From positions 1,302,001-1,366,000 of the forward strand of contig CM039009.1 in the NCBI GenBank assembly GCA_017499595.2: a DNA stretch of 64,000 bases. Reading direction: 5' to 3'. Numbering within the stretch: the stretch's first letter is position 1; the number at the start of each line of letters is the position of its first letter. The notes under the pieces are model-generated. The model saw only the letters and a program-made list of their open reading frames with translations, searched no databases and was not told the origin of the DNA. This DNA comes from Psilocybe cubensis (lineage: Eukaryota). Shown here one piece after another: positions 25,791 to 40,516 of the stretch. A program made the position numbers and the translations under genes.

Positions 25791-28700
25791 ATGTCTAGCC
25801 CGAAAGAGCGGCATTACTGGCTTCAGCTTCGTGGCGCCTTAACTGCAGGTCAATGGCGTTCCGAATACCCTGCCAGGGCTCCAAACAATACCCTGCTCTC
25901 TTGGCCTGAGCTATTGCGAAAATTCAACAAGCATTGTCAGGGATTCAAGGATATTTCAGACGTCGCATCACAAACTCAGTCCCTTGCTTTTCTACTCAGT
26001 GCGAGATATAAAGACGATGACGAGAACGACGATACCTTGCTGGATAACCCCACCGCGGAAGGCACAGAGAGGCGGGATGGTACGCAAAGAGGAAGCCTTG
26101 CTCTAGGGACAGAGGGGATGCTTCTAGAAGAAAACATTGAAGAAGCTATGGTTGGATATGAGGTTTTGAAAAGTTTGGAATCTTCCAAATATGATGTAAG
26201 TACAACATTTTTACCTGATACAATTTTTTTTGACATTTGCATCCAGACGATACATTTAGCCCTTGCTTATTATGCATATGCTCTGGGAAACCCCACTGAA
26301 TGCCTCAATCATTTATCGAAAGTCCCAGAGCTTTTGCAGTTCCACAATCGCATCCCAAATGCCGACTCAATACGGTCTAATGGATCTTTTCTGGGTCCTT
26401 CCAGTTATGCACCGTCGACAACATCCTTTGCTGGAAGCTTTGCATCTGTAGCCGATATCGGTTCCCCAGAAGTCCGTGATGGGAGGGGTTGGGCAATGGC
26501 AGAGACATTTCGATCCATTTGCTTAAAAGGTACTTTCTTTGCTGGGTGTTGTTACACTGTTTAACCTTGTAACAGGAATGTCTTACGAAAAGTTATACCC
26601 TGCGGACCCTACGATGGCACTGAAAGCATACCGTGTTGCTCTCCCTGCTCTTTCCTCCCTCCGATCGGAGTTCACATCTAAGAGCATTCCAATTCCCCTC
26701 TCTTCTTCAGGAAAGGCAGAACCAGCACTCTTCACTCACCTTCGAGAAATGTGGAGATGGGTCGAGAGGTTACTATGGCGTGCCATAATACTCACTTCCA
26801 AGACAGCCAATGTATTCGCTGAAGATGAAACTCAGCCAACGTCGACAATTGCCGACAGAGCTTCTGATTCCCAAAATTCCCTGTTCGACTGGTTCAAACA
26901 TTATACCACATGCAGTTCCTACTGGCCACCTCATTTTCGAACAGCTCATCGGACCACCATATATGCACTTCATCTCCGCGCGCTTGTTCTTCGACATGGT
27001 GTTTTAATGTCTTTGCCTGCCGTTGGAGTGGCGCCCGTTTACGCTCAACCCTCGAAAAAATCGATACCGCCATCTTCAAGCTCAAAAGCATCCTCGAGGC
27101 CTACGACTGCTACGTCGACTCCGCATGAAGCGTCTGACCCGAGTAGTACATCCGTCAGCCTGCTGACAACTCAATCATCGTGGATGAATACTGCTCGATC
27201 AGTAGCACAAGACTATCGTGCCGTGCTCAGTGTTAGCACTTCTTTTCCTCGAGCAGGAGAGCGGAATTTTAAAGTGGAGGAATTTGTTGAATTATGCGTC
27301 AAGGTTTGGGAAGCAGGTGGAGCTATTGGAGAGCAAGCTAGTTGGGTCATAGAGGTTCGTTTGGCAAAACGAACCTGTGTTGTACGAGGGTTAGCTAATC
27401 TTAATTCCAGATCCTCAATTGGGCACAACGCTTGACTTTCAACTCCTCGGTTATATTGCGACATCTGACGCGCCTTCTTTTCCTGGGTTCATCCCTGTAT
27501 CTTGCAAAAAGGACTCTTAATTTATACATTCAAGTTGTAGGCAAAGCATGGGAAGCAAGTAAAGAGGGTGTCGGAGAAGATATGGACGATGACGCACGAT
27601 GGGTGGAAACGTTGGTCTTTGGCGCTCGTATGCTATGCGCTTCTGTTGGGGGTCATGGAGGAGGAGCTTTTGCTGGAATGTTGTCGGGATCGAGTGGGCG
27701 TGGTCAACATATGCCGATAGGTGACGATGGCACAGAAGGCATCGATGAAGTACTGGAAGCACGTACTATTTTAGAGAAGGCAAGGACGAGACTCAACGAA
27801 AACGACCATAGATTGGTAGCCGAAGTTTTGCTAGCAGAAGGTATTGTTTGGGGGCTGCTTGGTGTCAAAGGTATATTTTACATTTCATTTTTTCCATCTT
27901 TAATTCCCAAAGATTGGCATTCAAATTTATCTGACTTAATTTTGTGTCAGGCCAGGACCCTTCCACTCGTCCACTTAACTTCGATAAAGCTCATCTATGC
28001 CTTCTGCACTCAATCAAATCTCATCCAACTCCAAGCGCTTATTATCATCTTGCGTTATCATTTGCACGTCGAATCCCTGCAGCTGGCGGTCTTTCAGATG
28101 CCCCTGATTCTCAATCAGAGCCTGCTCCTTTCCCCCACACGGCATATGAACATAATCTTACTCAGGCTATCGAAAGCGCAGGTCATGCAGTGGAAGGTTG
28201 CCCCCATGATGTGCGGTATTGGCATCTTCTTGGTCTCTTACTGTCAGCCGCAGAAAAATGGTCAGCTGCCAAGGAAATATTGGAGAGAGGAGCAGCGTTG
28301 GACGACACGGACAGTAGCGATACGGTTGACCAGGCCAGTGAAAGCATAGGGGATGAAAGTACTTCTTCCCCTGGCGAGGAAAATATGACCAATGGAGGTG
28401 GAGGCGATGCGGATACCGTTAGACAGGCGGAAACAGATTCGAACACCTTGAAGGTTCCGGGAGCAAATGGCGTTGTCAATTTGACTGATCTTGCGAACGC
28501 CTCGGCGACAAACAAAACAGCAAAAGCTAGAAACAATGGAACTTCCAATGGTAGCGCAATACATACCTCGGATTCCTCAGCTGCCAGCCTCAATGGCAGT
28601 GCCGCTATTTCCTCTTTGGCAGATTTATTACCCTCTCACACCCTTTTGTTGCGCCCAGACGAAACTACTCTGCCTACAGCTTCTTCGTTGCTTCACCCTG

Positions 28701-30517
28701 CTGTCGCCGCGCTGTACCCACCCTCTACATCAGGAGCAGCATCTCTATCGGTGCCTTCTCTATCAATTGATCAGTATCCTCCTTCAATGGCCGACCTATT
28801 TGAACAGCATCTACAACTACGTATGACTCAGGTGGCTCTTATGGAAGTTGTTGAAGGACCTGAAGGGGCCGAAGAGGGATGGCTAGAAATTTTCTCTTGG
28901 GTTGCCGAAAAACGTGGCCTTTCCGGCGGGAGTACACCTGCAGGTAAGTTTACAACATGCTGTAGTTGTAAATGAATTCATTTAAGCAACATCTGTTTAG
29001 CGTCACAGCCGCGTCAGTCGTTGGATCAGCCACGAGATTCTATTGATCTTGCAGGGCCAGATTCCGCTAGTGCACCTTATGCCCATTCAAGTATTCAGGT
29101 TCAAGAAGACAAATCACGGCACTCTGCAGCGAGCAAAGACCTTTATCCTGGTCTTGGAGTGACTACTAATCCTCCTGATGTTAATGATGCTGCTTCGGAC
29201 TCTCTGCCTGTGCCCATTGGAATTACCATATCGCCCGCCACCCCTGATGCTGTTCCTAGAATTGAGGATGAAGTTCAACTTCAACTGGAGAAGGTTGAGC
29301 AGGCACAACTGCGGGTACAATCCCGGCGAAGCTTCGAATCATTTACTGATGCCGTTGATGAAAGGAATGCTGAGAGGTTTTCCGGCAATAAACACAGGGA
29401 AAAGGAGAAGGAACGGATGAAGGAAAAGGAGAAGAGGCAATTCAATGGATTTAGCATACCGAAAGCCAAACGTTCGACTTCGATCGAAAGGGACACCAGA
29501 GGTGATACCTCAAAGTCGAAAAAGGTGCAGCAGATGCTGAAAGGAGGTGTTCACAAGGGTCGTGCTGGAATCAGTGCTGTATCTCGGCGGATTGGTAACG
29601 GAGTGGGGAAGAACGGTACTCTTAGAAGATCAACGTCAACGCCAGGTATGTATTTGCTTTCATCCCAAAGCATCAAAGCATTAAACTTGTTCAAGATTTA
29701 CATGCAGTGCTGCAGCCTATGTCATACCAGGCCTCTTCCATCCATTCGCGGAGACGACTTAGTTCTGTTGCGCATTCAGGAGAACACACACCGTCAGAAT
29801 CTCCTCCCCCTCCTCCACCACCATCTCTTCCATCATCGGGTACTCAGCAAGATTTCTCCATCCGAAATCAACGTTCTGCTCGAGAAAATCGTCTACTGAG
29901 CGATCTTTGGTTGATGTCTGCTGCCACATTCAGGAGACTAGGCAAGATAGAGCAGGCAAAGGGTTCTATCCAGGAAGCAGAAGTCAGAGATGAACATAAC
30001 CCTAATGTTTGGGTTCAGGTTTGTCTTTTCTCATGTATGTTTTATGGCATCTATGGGCTAAAACGTAATTTTGCTTTAGCTTGGATTGTACTACTTCGCA
30101 CTAGGACTATACCAGCATGCCGTCGACACACTACAAAAGGCTCGCTTCATCTGTTCTGACGATGTCGGAGCTACCGTCCATCTCGCGCGCCTCTACCTAG
30201 ATCCGAGCATCAATTGCAAGCTTCACCCAACCGATGCCGAGACACCGCCTTCCTCGCCCACTTCCGGTTCCGGGTCGTTTACACAGGGAGCACCCCCATC
30301 GTCGACGTCGGCGAGCATCGACCTCGCTGCAGGTATGCTCGCCCATTTGACCAAGGGCCGTGGCTGGGATGTGCCTGAGGCATGGTATTTCCTTGCCAAG
30401 GCATATGGGATGCAAGGCCGGAAAGATAAAGAGAGGGAGACACTCAAAATCGCCCTAGAATTCTCTGAGAAGCGCGGAGTCAGAGACATTGGGTCTGCGC
30501 TGGGATGGTGCCTCTAA
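25791..30517 (+). CDS. YPP1: TPR protein, Ypp1/TTC7-like (PI4-kinase Stt4 scaffold)
   Basis: Multi-exon gene with TPR segments RYWHLLGLLLSA and LWLMSAATFRRLG..AKGSIQEAE, and C-terminal GWDVPEAWYFLAKAY...ALEFSEKRGVR, as recalled for the Ypp1/TTC7 family. Confidence 0.75.
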
Positions 30518-31156
30518 ATTGGTTCCCATTCTCCGCTTCTCGTTCGACATTTAGGTAGAATTAATACTCATGGAAATCAGAAAGGTTTTGATTTATTTTG
30601 TGGACATCAACAGATATTCTTTTACTTACATTACGTTATTTTTTCTTCATTTTTTGGTCTTTAAAATTATACCCGCACACATTTCAACCTCACACTTTAA
30701 CTATTACTTAATGCATTGGCCACATACAGTTTCTCCATGGAAGTACAGGTTGATGAATGAGAACAGGGTAATACACTACGTATGAAACTGCACATGGAGA
30801 CAGTGTCAGATATTTGGGTGGGAACTGGTGTTTCTGCTATAAGGTTTGAATGTAACTAAGAATAAACGAAACGCAAGCGGCAGGAACCGATACGAATAGA
30901 GGGAATAGTAATGTAAGGTACTGGGTATGTTTGGGACAGCAGGTGCAGATGGTAGTGCGAAAAAGGAGTCGAATGTTAGATGTAATAAATAGGATAATAG
31001 AAAATATGTTCCGGGTCCATTCGGTGAGAGAATATGCATATATCATGAACAGAAGGTGAGGTGATAACGAGAGTCGAAATGAATTTCCAGACGATGTGAG
31101 CAGAGGCAGAAGATATAGGATATTGAGCTGTTGCTGCGGTTGAGATCCATGACTAT

Positions 31157-33544
31157 TCACTGGAATGATCGTCTCTCTTCCACAACCTTGTCTATCCAGC
31201 GATGCAGAACAACTTCTAGCATTTCTTCCCACCCTTCTTCCTTCTTGGCCACGACCCGCGCGTCAAAATGAATTGGCGGTTCGCGGTCCGCTTTGCTCAT
31301 GGCAAATCGTTGAGCGGTGGCTGATGGTGAACTGAGTGGCGTGTTTGTGGCGGATGTGGAGCCAGGAAGTTGTTGATTTGGAACTCGAATGGGTATCATG
31401 TACCTCAGCTTCAATGCCCTGTACAGAAGAAATAAAAATAATGTCAGATCAAGAGTACGGATTGCTGTTGAAAGTTGAAAAAATAAGTACCCGACCCAGA
31501 GTCGAAGATTATCCGTCCTACGGAATGTCCATAGTTTCTTGCCTTCTTTCTCTTCACCTGCCTCCCTCGCTGCTTTCTCAAGAGCGAGGATGTCATGCAC
31601 GCCATCTTTGGCGACGAAACCCCATGGTTTCTTTGACTTTCGTACGCACGAGTTGTAAGCAACACAAAGTAATTGACCAGATGAGAGACTTGACAATAGA
31701 TCAGCCCTGGATGAAGCTGACCCCAGTGCAGGCTGGAGATGAGGTGGTAAGAAAAACTCAAGCACGGCGTGAACACGACCTGATAATGCCAAAACTCGCT
31801 TGTCAGCCAGGTCCAAACTCTGGAAAAGTAAAACATGAAAAAACGTACCCAATCGATCGTCAATAAATGCTGAACGCTTGGCCCATTCTGGTAGATCATC
31901 GTCCTCGATTGTTAGTTCTTCCTCCTCCTGGATATCATCCATATCTTCTGGCTCTTCTGAAAGACTCATGCCTCGCATCATAACGTTGACCATGCCAGTC
32001 GACGCTCGTCTCTTCGCAGCTTCAGCTTCCACAGAGCCAAGAGTCCTGCCTTCTCCACTGCTAACTCTCCTGATCTTAGCGGCCCTCGAGGATGCCCTGC
32101 CTTCTCGTTTCCGTCTGACTTTATCCCAGCCGCGCTCACCCCCAGGCGCTCGTTTCCCTTCAAACAAAACTTCGTCGACAATGTCAAGATACGCGTCAAC
32201 CACGTCCCGTTCCTTGACCAAATCGCTGAGTTTTACGTTTTGCCGGTACAACCACCCAGTGCCCAAGACGAGTCTCTCCTCCCATTCATCTTTCTTCTCT
32301 TTCTCTTCCTCATCATCGACCCGGAAGGTTCCCTCTTCGTCCTCCCATACCGGGACGCTCTCGTAACGGCCCTGCACCTGGACGAGCGAGAATGTTATCG
32401 AAGAGTCGTGATCGTGATCAGACCGATGGCCTGGTTGATGATGAAGCCCATCAGGCGGAAGATCAAGCGTGCCGTTGGACGGGCTGGATGCGCTTGGGTC
32501 GCTATGTGAGTGGCCGCCGTCGCTCTGAGCATCATAGGCATCGTCATCAAGTGGGAGCCGGCAGTTCTCCTCGAGTTGGCGGAGAACGGTGAGGACTTCC
32601 AACGCTGATCGTCTGATGAGGATGATAGGATCCGGTTGGGTTGGGTTTGGGGGAGACGATGACGAAGAGGAGGACGAGCTACTGGATGATGCTTTTCCCG
32701 GGCCAAGAATGCGTGGTCTGAAATGTGCTCTGATCGTCCCAGCGGATTCATCAGGCAGTGAGAGCAGGTAGTTGCGCACTGATTTGATAGCGCGAGTCGT
32801 CGTCTTCAGCACCTCCAGGACATCGAACGGGGTATCTAGATTTGGCGGTGACGATTCATCCCTATAGTTCTCCACTTTCCATGCTTGGGCAACGGCAATC
32901 ACGTCTTCAATGACACCAGGCAGTAGCGATTCTGGGTCAACTTCGTAGATCTTTACATGCGGTGGGATTATTTGCGGTGGGGGCGCTGGGATCGCAGGTG
33001 ACGGTGGCATCTGAAATGCTGGAACGTCCTGAATATCGCTCAGTGAGGGGCTCGTTGGTAGATGGGCCATGCCCCCGATCGCAAGCACAAGTCCATGATG
33101 TGGTTTGCCCGCTAAAGCTAAAGGACTGGAAAATTGAAAAAGTCAGCACACACTTCATACCAATGGACACGATTGAATAAATCTACGGGATAGATCAAAG
33201 ACTGCAAAGGCAGTCGATCTCCAATACGGCGCAGAGATTGATTGAAAGGCCTACGTTTTCTTAGCCGCCAAACCAGTCTTTGTGAAATAGTGCTGCAGGT
33301 GCTCGATGCTTCCCAAAGCCATGACGCTCTCGCGTTTTGCAGCGCTTCTGCTGAAGGGCTTCATAGGCTTGTTCGAAGAATTCATGTTGGGGTAAAAAGC
33401 AGTCTGTCGACGCGCTTTCTTCGCGGCTGTGACTGACGTGGTCGTAGATGGGGAATCTGGGAAAGTGTCGGCGTTTGGGCCGTTATTAGTGCCAGTAGAA
33501 TCCGGGGTAAGGATCATCGGTGACTCTGAAGAATCGGAGGCCAT
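31157..33544 (-). CDS. Uncharacterised protein (multi-exon)
   Basis: First exon MASDSSE...KRESVMALGSIEHLQHYFTKTGL, then long ORF 31157-33088 containing two in-frame retained introns. Acidic and basic low-complexity blocks. Confidence 0.8.
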
Positions 33545-34276
33545 TTTAGTCGGTCTGGGTCAAGGATAATGCACGATGGCTTAAAGAAAAGCAAGAAAAA
33601 AAAAGAAAATGGCTTGCTCAGTCGGACTAGTCACTAATGACTTGGAGCCGAGCGCATCTCGTTTCTGCTCGATCGTGGGAATAACAAATGGGCCTAATTC
33701 AAGGCTCATCCCGCCTGTCCTTGGTTACCTCCTCCAAATTCATTTTTATGTCAACTCTGACGAAACGGTCAACCACTACTACGGTTCAGAGAGAGATATC
33801 AACTTCTATTCGGTTCACCGACAACAATGCCCTCGATACTTGAGCCTCTAAGTACCCCATTTTCTGCGTTTCGAGTTTTCGGAGCCGACATCTTACAGCA
33901 TGTTACTACGAATCGACACAAACTTTACGATGCAACATAGAGCGTCTGTGTGGGCGTTTCGGCAATAACCTCCTGCAAAAAGTTTACTATATCTTTAAAT
34001 ATAGATAGCAAGCCCCGTGAACATGTCCAGGCGATTGACTATTCGTTTTTGGAACGGAAGACCACACCAACTTGGAGAAGGTTTCGTCCACGGGATCTTG
34101 AATGTGTCTTTAAGCCATTGAAACGGGCAAGTCTATTTTCACTTCTCTCTCATGTCCCACTCCTGAATTAAATAGCCATCAGGTACCAACCCAGGATTGT
34201 ATACTTAAGAGGTGGTAATTTTTATGGCGCTCTTCGGACTGCATTCTCGACTGGGAATCTACACATAATCCTGATC

Positions 34277-35464
34277 ATGCCCACCGCCACCGTAGGCAAT
34301 GGAATAACATTCCATTATACAGATAGTGGACTTCCCGTGGAGAGCGACTATTTTACAGTTATCATTGTGCACGGCCATTCATTCAGTAGTGGTATGCCAA
34401 ACCTCTATATATCAGCCGCATATACTTGACTTCTTGCACTGCAGGGCTATTTCAGAAACTATCTCTTCTCGCCCCCTCGCAGTCTTTGCGAGTTATTTGC
34501 ATTGATCGCCGAGAATACAATGGGTCTACCCCCTTTACCCTCGAAGAACTACAAATCATTAATCAGGGAAGTGAGGAAGAGCGGTCTGCGCTTCTCACCG
34601 AACAAGGCCTCCTTCTGGCTTTGCTCATCGATGATCTTATCCAGACTCTATCTTTACCACTTCAAAATTATGGTGCAATATCAGGGTGGTCTCTGGGAAA
34701 TGTGTTCACGGTTGCCATGATCAACGCCATTGACCACCCGGAGCTCCCTCGGGAATCGAAAGGACGGCTAAAAGCATTTTTACGCACATACATTATATGG
34801 GGTGATTCTCTCTGTGTGCTAACGATGATGCGACTCTGCTGACCGCTGAATATCGTCTAGACACTGTGTCACAACTTCTCGGTATTGAAAGCCCTCCCGG
34901 TTTTTATTTTCCATTCTGGGACTATGACATTCCTGAGGAAGAACGAGGAGCGGTAATAAAAACGTACATATCCAGCCACTTCAATCATGGCGCAGACGTT
35001 CTCGCACTGTGCGATACATCCCGCCTTAATCATCGCCACGCCACCCCGGGAACATCAACCATCGATAGAATGACAGAAGAGGAGCTTCAATCCGTTGTCG
35101 ATTTCCAGGCTGGGGCAAAGTGCGATACAGCCATCCTAGAACCCTCGTACTACAAGCTGCACTATGAAAGTGTGCAAAAGGCACTCCTGGACGAAGATTC
35201 GAACACTAGTAAATGGGGGATGACTGTCTGGAACATTTACGGTGAAAACGGTTGCTGGAACATATTGCATGGGTCATGGGCATTGAAAGAAAAAAGTTTG
35301 CAAGCGAACAAGAAGATAAATTTTAAACCTGTCAAGGGCAAGAACCATTTCGTATGTGGTAATTTTCACTCCAGTTGCAAGGTCGGATTAATGACAATAA
35401 TTTATAGTTGATGTGGGAAGACCCTGAGTGCACTATTACCGTGTTGAAGGACTGTCTTGTTTGA
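34277..35464 (+). CDS. Alpha/beta-hydrolase fold protein, paralogue A
   Basis: MPTATVGNGITFHYTDSG, HGHSFSSG, DRREYNGSTP, GWSLG, NHF/LMWEDPE. Four exons. Confidence 0.9.
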
Positions 35465-36420
35465 CAAAGCTCCAATGCGAGTTCGTGATGCTGTGATTTA
35501 TAATTTTTGAGTTCACACTTTCCAGTGACCCACGCATGCCTGGAAATTTGATCTCCGTCTCAATGAGCCTCTAGCCGTTATGAACAAACATGAATCCGTT
35601 TGAAAGACAAACGTTTATCCAGCAATCCAGAAATATCATATATGATTACTGATTGGTCATGGTGGTAGCAAAATTACCTCGTCATTTGGGACCGTTCTGC
35701 ATGGCCTCGTAGGCTCGCTTCCATTTTCAGTTGAGAGTTTGCATTCCGCCGACCCATCATCGGTGATCGATCCTCAGCAAGTAGCCATGACTCTTAAGTC
35801 CCTGCGTTTCTGTTTCCCACAGACACCCTTGCCTTTAACTCGATTTCTAGGCGAACAGTCAACGGTCAATTTTCTGCTATTTTCTTTGGAAATATAATAT
35901 AATAACCACTCGTGTTTAGCCTTGTCTTTTAGAATTGGCTACGTTTTCGATGACAACGGCTTCTGATTTGAACTGCACGGAGGTACAAGGTCCTGAGTAG
36001 TATTGATCGTCAGGCATACCATAAAATCTCATCAAAGACGTTGCTTACCATGGCCCAGATACTACTTACCGAGATACTTCCTTTTGTGGTCGTAATCTTA
36101 CAATGACCTTGTGGAAACTTGCGTCAGATACGGCCAAAAAGGTTGGACTGTCGGCACTTCCATTCGCTTTCTTGATGAACAGTCACTCTTTTTGCTAGGA
36201 GATGTACATCAGCCACACGAATCAGGCGTCTTCTACCGTGGAGAAGTGTGCAGGTATCCATTTTTCAGGTATCAACCTCTTCAATCGACTAGTAAAGCTA
36301 TTTAGGAAAAGGATGATTAATCTCGAGGACCAGATCGGCATCCGTCCAAAGGTATAAAAGAGACTGCAACCTCAGTTTACCTGCATTCAACTTACTACCT
36401 TATCCAATCTGGATCGCACT

Positions 36421-37617
36421 ATGTCTACTTTAACCTTGGCCAACGGAATCACGTATCACTACACAGACAGTGGACAACCGATTGAGAGCCAATATAAGAC
36501 TCTCATCCTTATCCATGGGCACTCATTCAACAGTGGTATGTTGATGTATGCGCGCAGGTGATTGAAGAGATCTGACCTTGTTTGTTAAAGGAATATTTCG
36601 GAAACTCCTACCTCTGGCCCCGTCTCAGGCCCTGAGACTGATATGCATCGATCGAAGAGAGTACAACGGGTCTACTCCCTTTACTTCTGAAGAGCTGCGT
36701 ATCATCAAAAACGGAAACGACGAAGAACGGGCATCTTTTCTTGCTGAGCAGGGTCTCCTCATAGCTTTGTTCATCGACGGCCTTATTCAAAACCTGGCTT
36801 TGCCGATCCATTGTGGCGGGGCCATTTCGGGATGGTCTTTAGGAAACCTATATTCTTTGGCCATGATCAATGCCATAGATCATCCTAAGCTTCCCCAAGA
36901 TGTGCGAGAAAGATTAAAGGTTTTTTTGTGGACGTACATCATATGGGGTGAGAAGTCTTTGTCGTAGTTATCAATCTTCCGCTAAATGCCAATCGACCAT
37001 CCGTCTGTATTTCTAGAGATTCCGTCGTATATCCTCGGCATCGAAAGCCCTCCAGGTTCCTATGTCCCGTTATGGGACTACGACTTGCCTGAGGAAGACC
37101 GAGGGCCAGTGTTTGGTACATATATTTCTAGCTTCTTCGACCACGGCACCGACGTACTCGCTGGACACAACATACCCCTCCTTAACCATCGCAATCCAAC
37201 TCCAGGAACATCCACAATCGAAAAAATGACGCAAGAAGAAATTCTTTCGAGCACAAACTTCCTTGTGGGACCCAAATGTGATACGATCGTCCTTGAACCT
37301 CCGTACTATGGAACACACCGCACGAACCTCCGGAAAGCACTTCTTGACGATATTTCGAGTGTCGATAAATGGGGGATGGATGTGTGGCATATCTATGGCG
37401 ACAGTTGTAGCTGGAACGTGGTGCTTTCGCCATGGATCTTAGAAGAGCAATGCTTGAAAGCCAACAAAAAGGTTCATTTCAGAACAATTGCCGACGCAAA
37501 TCATTTTGTATGTATTCGTGCATATTTTTCTACATTATGGATCACTAACGTTTTCTATAGCTGATGTGGGAGGACCCGGAGCGTGCTATCGCCGTATTAA
37601 AGGAATGTCTGGTCTGA
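36421..37617 (+). CDS. Alpha/beta-hydrolase fold protein, paralogue B
   Basis: Same exon structure and motifs as A (HGHSFNSG, GWSLG, NHF/LMWEDPE). TATAAAA at about 36353. Confidence 0.9.
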
Positions 37618-37809
37618 TGGATGTATTGAACTTGGTAAGTTTGAAGTGTTATTTAACGACATCTGTCTGATTCAATTTTGTCATCGTAGTTGCATCTCAA
37701 GTAGTTGCTGCTCAGCCAATAATTCGCCATCTTGAAGTAGTTGGAGTCGATAGTTTAAGAATGGTTTGGGATTCTAACGAAATTTCTACTAATTTTAGTA
37801 CCCGCCCTC

Positions 37810-37975
37810 TACAAGAAGTCGTCGATCACAGGCTCTTGTGTTCTAGCTCTCATAGGCCATCCTGAGGTTGTCAAGAAAGCTCAGTTTGATGAGGTCATTA
37901 TGCAGGTTCATTTGCCTTAACTTTAATTAACAACCTTCTTTACCTATATTCTCTGGAGTGACGATGCGCTGCTCA
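37810..37975 (+). pseudogene. Cytochrome P450 exon relic
   Basis: gtcgatcacaggctcttgtgttctagctctcataggccatcctgaggttgtcaagaaagctcag aligns with 42403-42466 of the intact P450. Indels and stops follow. Confidence 0.88.
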
Positions 37976-38394
37976 CCCAGTACAGAGAAAAAGAGCGACT
38001 TCTAGTTGGTTTCGTCTGCGATTACTTCCTTGGATCGATTATTACTTGAGCTTACTGTGTTTAAGCTTGCTTTTCGGTTATTGAACGCTACTCAGTCAAA
38101 GATCGGCTCTGTGGGACATTAATTCATTCGTCAACTAATCTCCTGACTGACAAGTTCGTAACTCTTCAACAATGTCTTCATATATGCGAACCATTCCTCA
38201 GATGTCCAATCAAACCGTTCTTTGCACAACGAAAAGTCATACCATGTTGAGGAAGGTTTAGCCACAGGAGCCTATCTGTTCTCGAGCTGCAGAATCGGGC
38301 AAGTCTATATCCGCTCGTTCCTTGTGCCATCCACTTCCGAGGAATGGATAACTACTACCAAAGTATAAGTAAGGCGTGAAGTTTCAATTGCTGA

Positions 38395-38466
38395 CTTTTA
38401 ACTCATAGCTGATGTGGGAAGATCCTGAGTGTACTATCACAATTTTAAAAAGAATGTATCGTTTAA
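38395..38466 (+). pseudogene. Orphan last exon of an alpha/beta-hydrolase (A-type relic)
   Basis: Acceptor catag followed by LMWEDPECTITILK, with an extra A that shifts the frame. No upstream exons are present. Confidence 0.85.
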
Positions 38467-39332
38467 CGGTGCTGAATGTGAAGTTCAACGCTCAGCGCTC
38501 AGCTGTAACACTACTGAAAATGATTTTGATCTCCGTCTTAAATGATGGGTATCTCGATCTATTACAAACAACAAATCACTCTTTTGCACGGACCAAGATT
38601 TATTCCAGATTTATCCAGATATCCAGCAGCACTCTATATGATTCTTGCCGATTGACTGTAGCTGTAGCAAAGTAACCTTTCCTTTTGAAACGATCTGCGT
38701 AGGCTTGCTTTCATTTCCGACTCAGATTTTGCAGTCCGACCTATTTCTGTTGTTTGGTCTAACCCACTTGGCTTGGCTTGTCTCATGACTTTTCAAAAAT
38801 GCTTCTTGATATTTCCCGTTACCCACAGACTCCCTTCCCTCCAAAAATCAAGCTCTGAGCAACCAATCAACAGCAATATATTAGTGCCCATTCGCCTTTG
38901 ACCCAGTGCCATTCTGGAATTGGTTACTACCCCAATGATTCAGACGACCTTTTGAATTGAGGTTCTTAGTTGACCTACTGTCTATTTTTGATGATTAGAC
39001 AAGGGCATGGTTCAAGCAACCTGATCAATCACCTCGCGGAGATCTGGTTCAAATATAGGGGACAAAAAGACACATCAAACTAACTGTTCGTTTCGTAGGG
39101 AAAAGGCACAACTGGCTGGGAGATGAGCACCAGCCACGCAAATCAGGGGTCTTCTGCAGTGCGGTAAGCACATTTCCTCTCTCACAAGCTAGGCATTTTG
39201 ATTCGATAACGGGAAATGCGAATAGGGTGTTTGCCATCAGAATGCAATTTTGCGTCCAAAAACCTATAAAAGACATCAAGGCTTCCACGCAACTGTATTC
39301 TGAGCAACTTGTCTAGTTCGAACAACGCAACG

Positions 39333-40516
39333 ATGCCCACTTTAACGTTGGCCAATGGAATCACATTCCACTACACAGACAGTGGTCTGCCCACCGATAA
39401 CCAATATTCAACTCTGATCCTTGTCCATGGACACTCATTCAACAGCGGTATGTCAACGTATGCGCGCAGGGGATAGAATACATTTGATCTTTTTGTTAAA
39501 GGAACATTTAGGAAACTCACCTCTCTCGCCCCCTCTCGAGCTCTACGACTAATATGTGTTGATCGAAGAGAATACAACGGTTCCACCCCTTTCAGGCCCG
39601 AGGAACTGCGTATCATTAGCCAAGGAATTGATGACGAACGAGCATCCTTTCTTGCCGATCAGGGTCTTCTCATGGCTTTATTCATCGACGGCCTTATTCA
39701 AAACCTGTCTTTACCAATACAATGTGGAGGGGCAATCTCAGGATGGTCTTTGGGAAACCTGTATACTTTGGCTATGATCAACGCTATAGATCATCCTTAT
39801 CTTTCCCAAGAAGTGCGAGAAAGATTGAAGGTTTTTTTATGGACGTACATCATATGGGGTGAGAATTCTTATCAATCATGCACTGAATACCAGTCGACCA
39901 TCCGTCTGTATTAATAGAGGTTCCGTCGTACATCCTCGGCATTGACAATCCCCCCGGGTTCTATCTTCCGCTCTGGGATTATGACTTGCCTGAGGAACAA
40001 CGAGGGCCGATGTTTAGTACATATGTCTCCAGCTGTTTCGACCATGGTGCCGACGTGCTTGCCACACGCGATAAAGCTCGGCTTAATTATCGAAATCCAA
40101 CGCCAGGAACCTCCACAATCGACAAGATGACGCAGGAAGAAATTCTGTCGAGCACAAATTTCCTTGCGGGGCCCAAATGCGACACGTTCTTCCTTGAACA
40201 TTCGTACTATGGAATACACCGCACAAACCTCCGGAAAGCACTTCTCGATGATGTTTCGAGTGTCGATAAATGGGGCATGAATGTATGGCATATCTATGGT
40301 GACAGCTGTAGCTGGAGCGTGGTGCTTTCGCCTTGGGTCTTGGAGGAACAATGTTTGAAAGCCAACAAAAAGATTAATTTCAGAGCTATCAAGGGCACAA
40401 ATCATTTTGTGTGTATTCGTGTTTCTTATATAAGTATGCATTACTGACATTGCATATAGCTAATGTGGGAGGACCCGGAGCGTGCTATTGCTGTGTTAAA
40501 AGAATGTCTGGTTTGA
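39333..40516 (+). CDS. Alpha/beta-hydrolase fold protein, paralogue C (closest to B)
   Basis: MPTLTLANGITFHYTDSG, GWSLG, NHF/LMWEDPE. Long near-identical stretches with B. TATAAAA at about 39265. Confidence 0.9.

Noticed and set aside
31336..32771. Several plus-strand ORFs of 60-176 aa
   Set aside because: They are antisense to the well-supported minus-strand gene.
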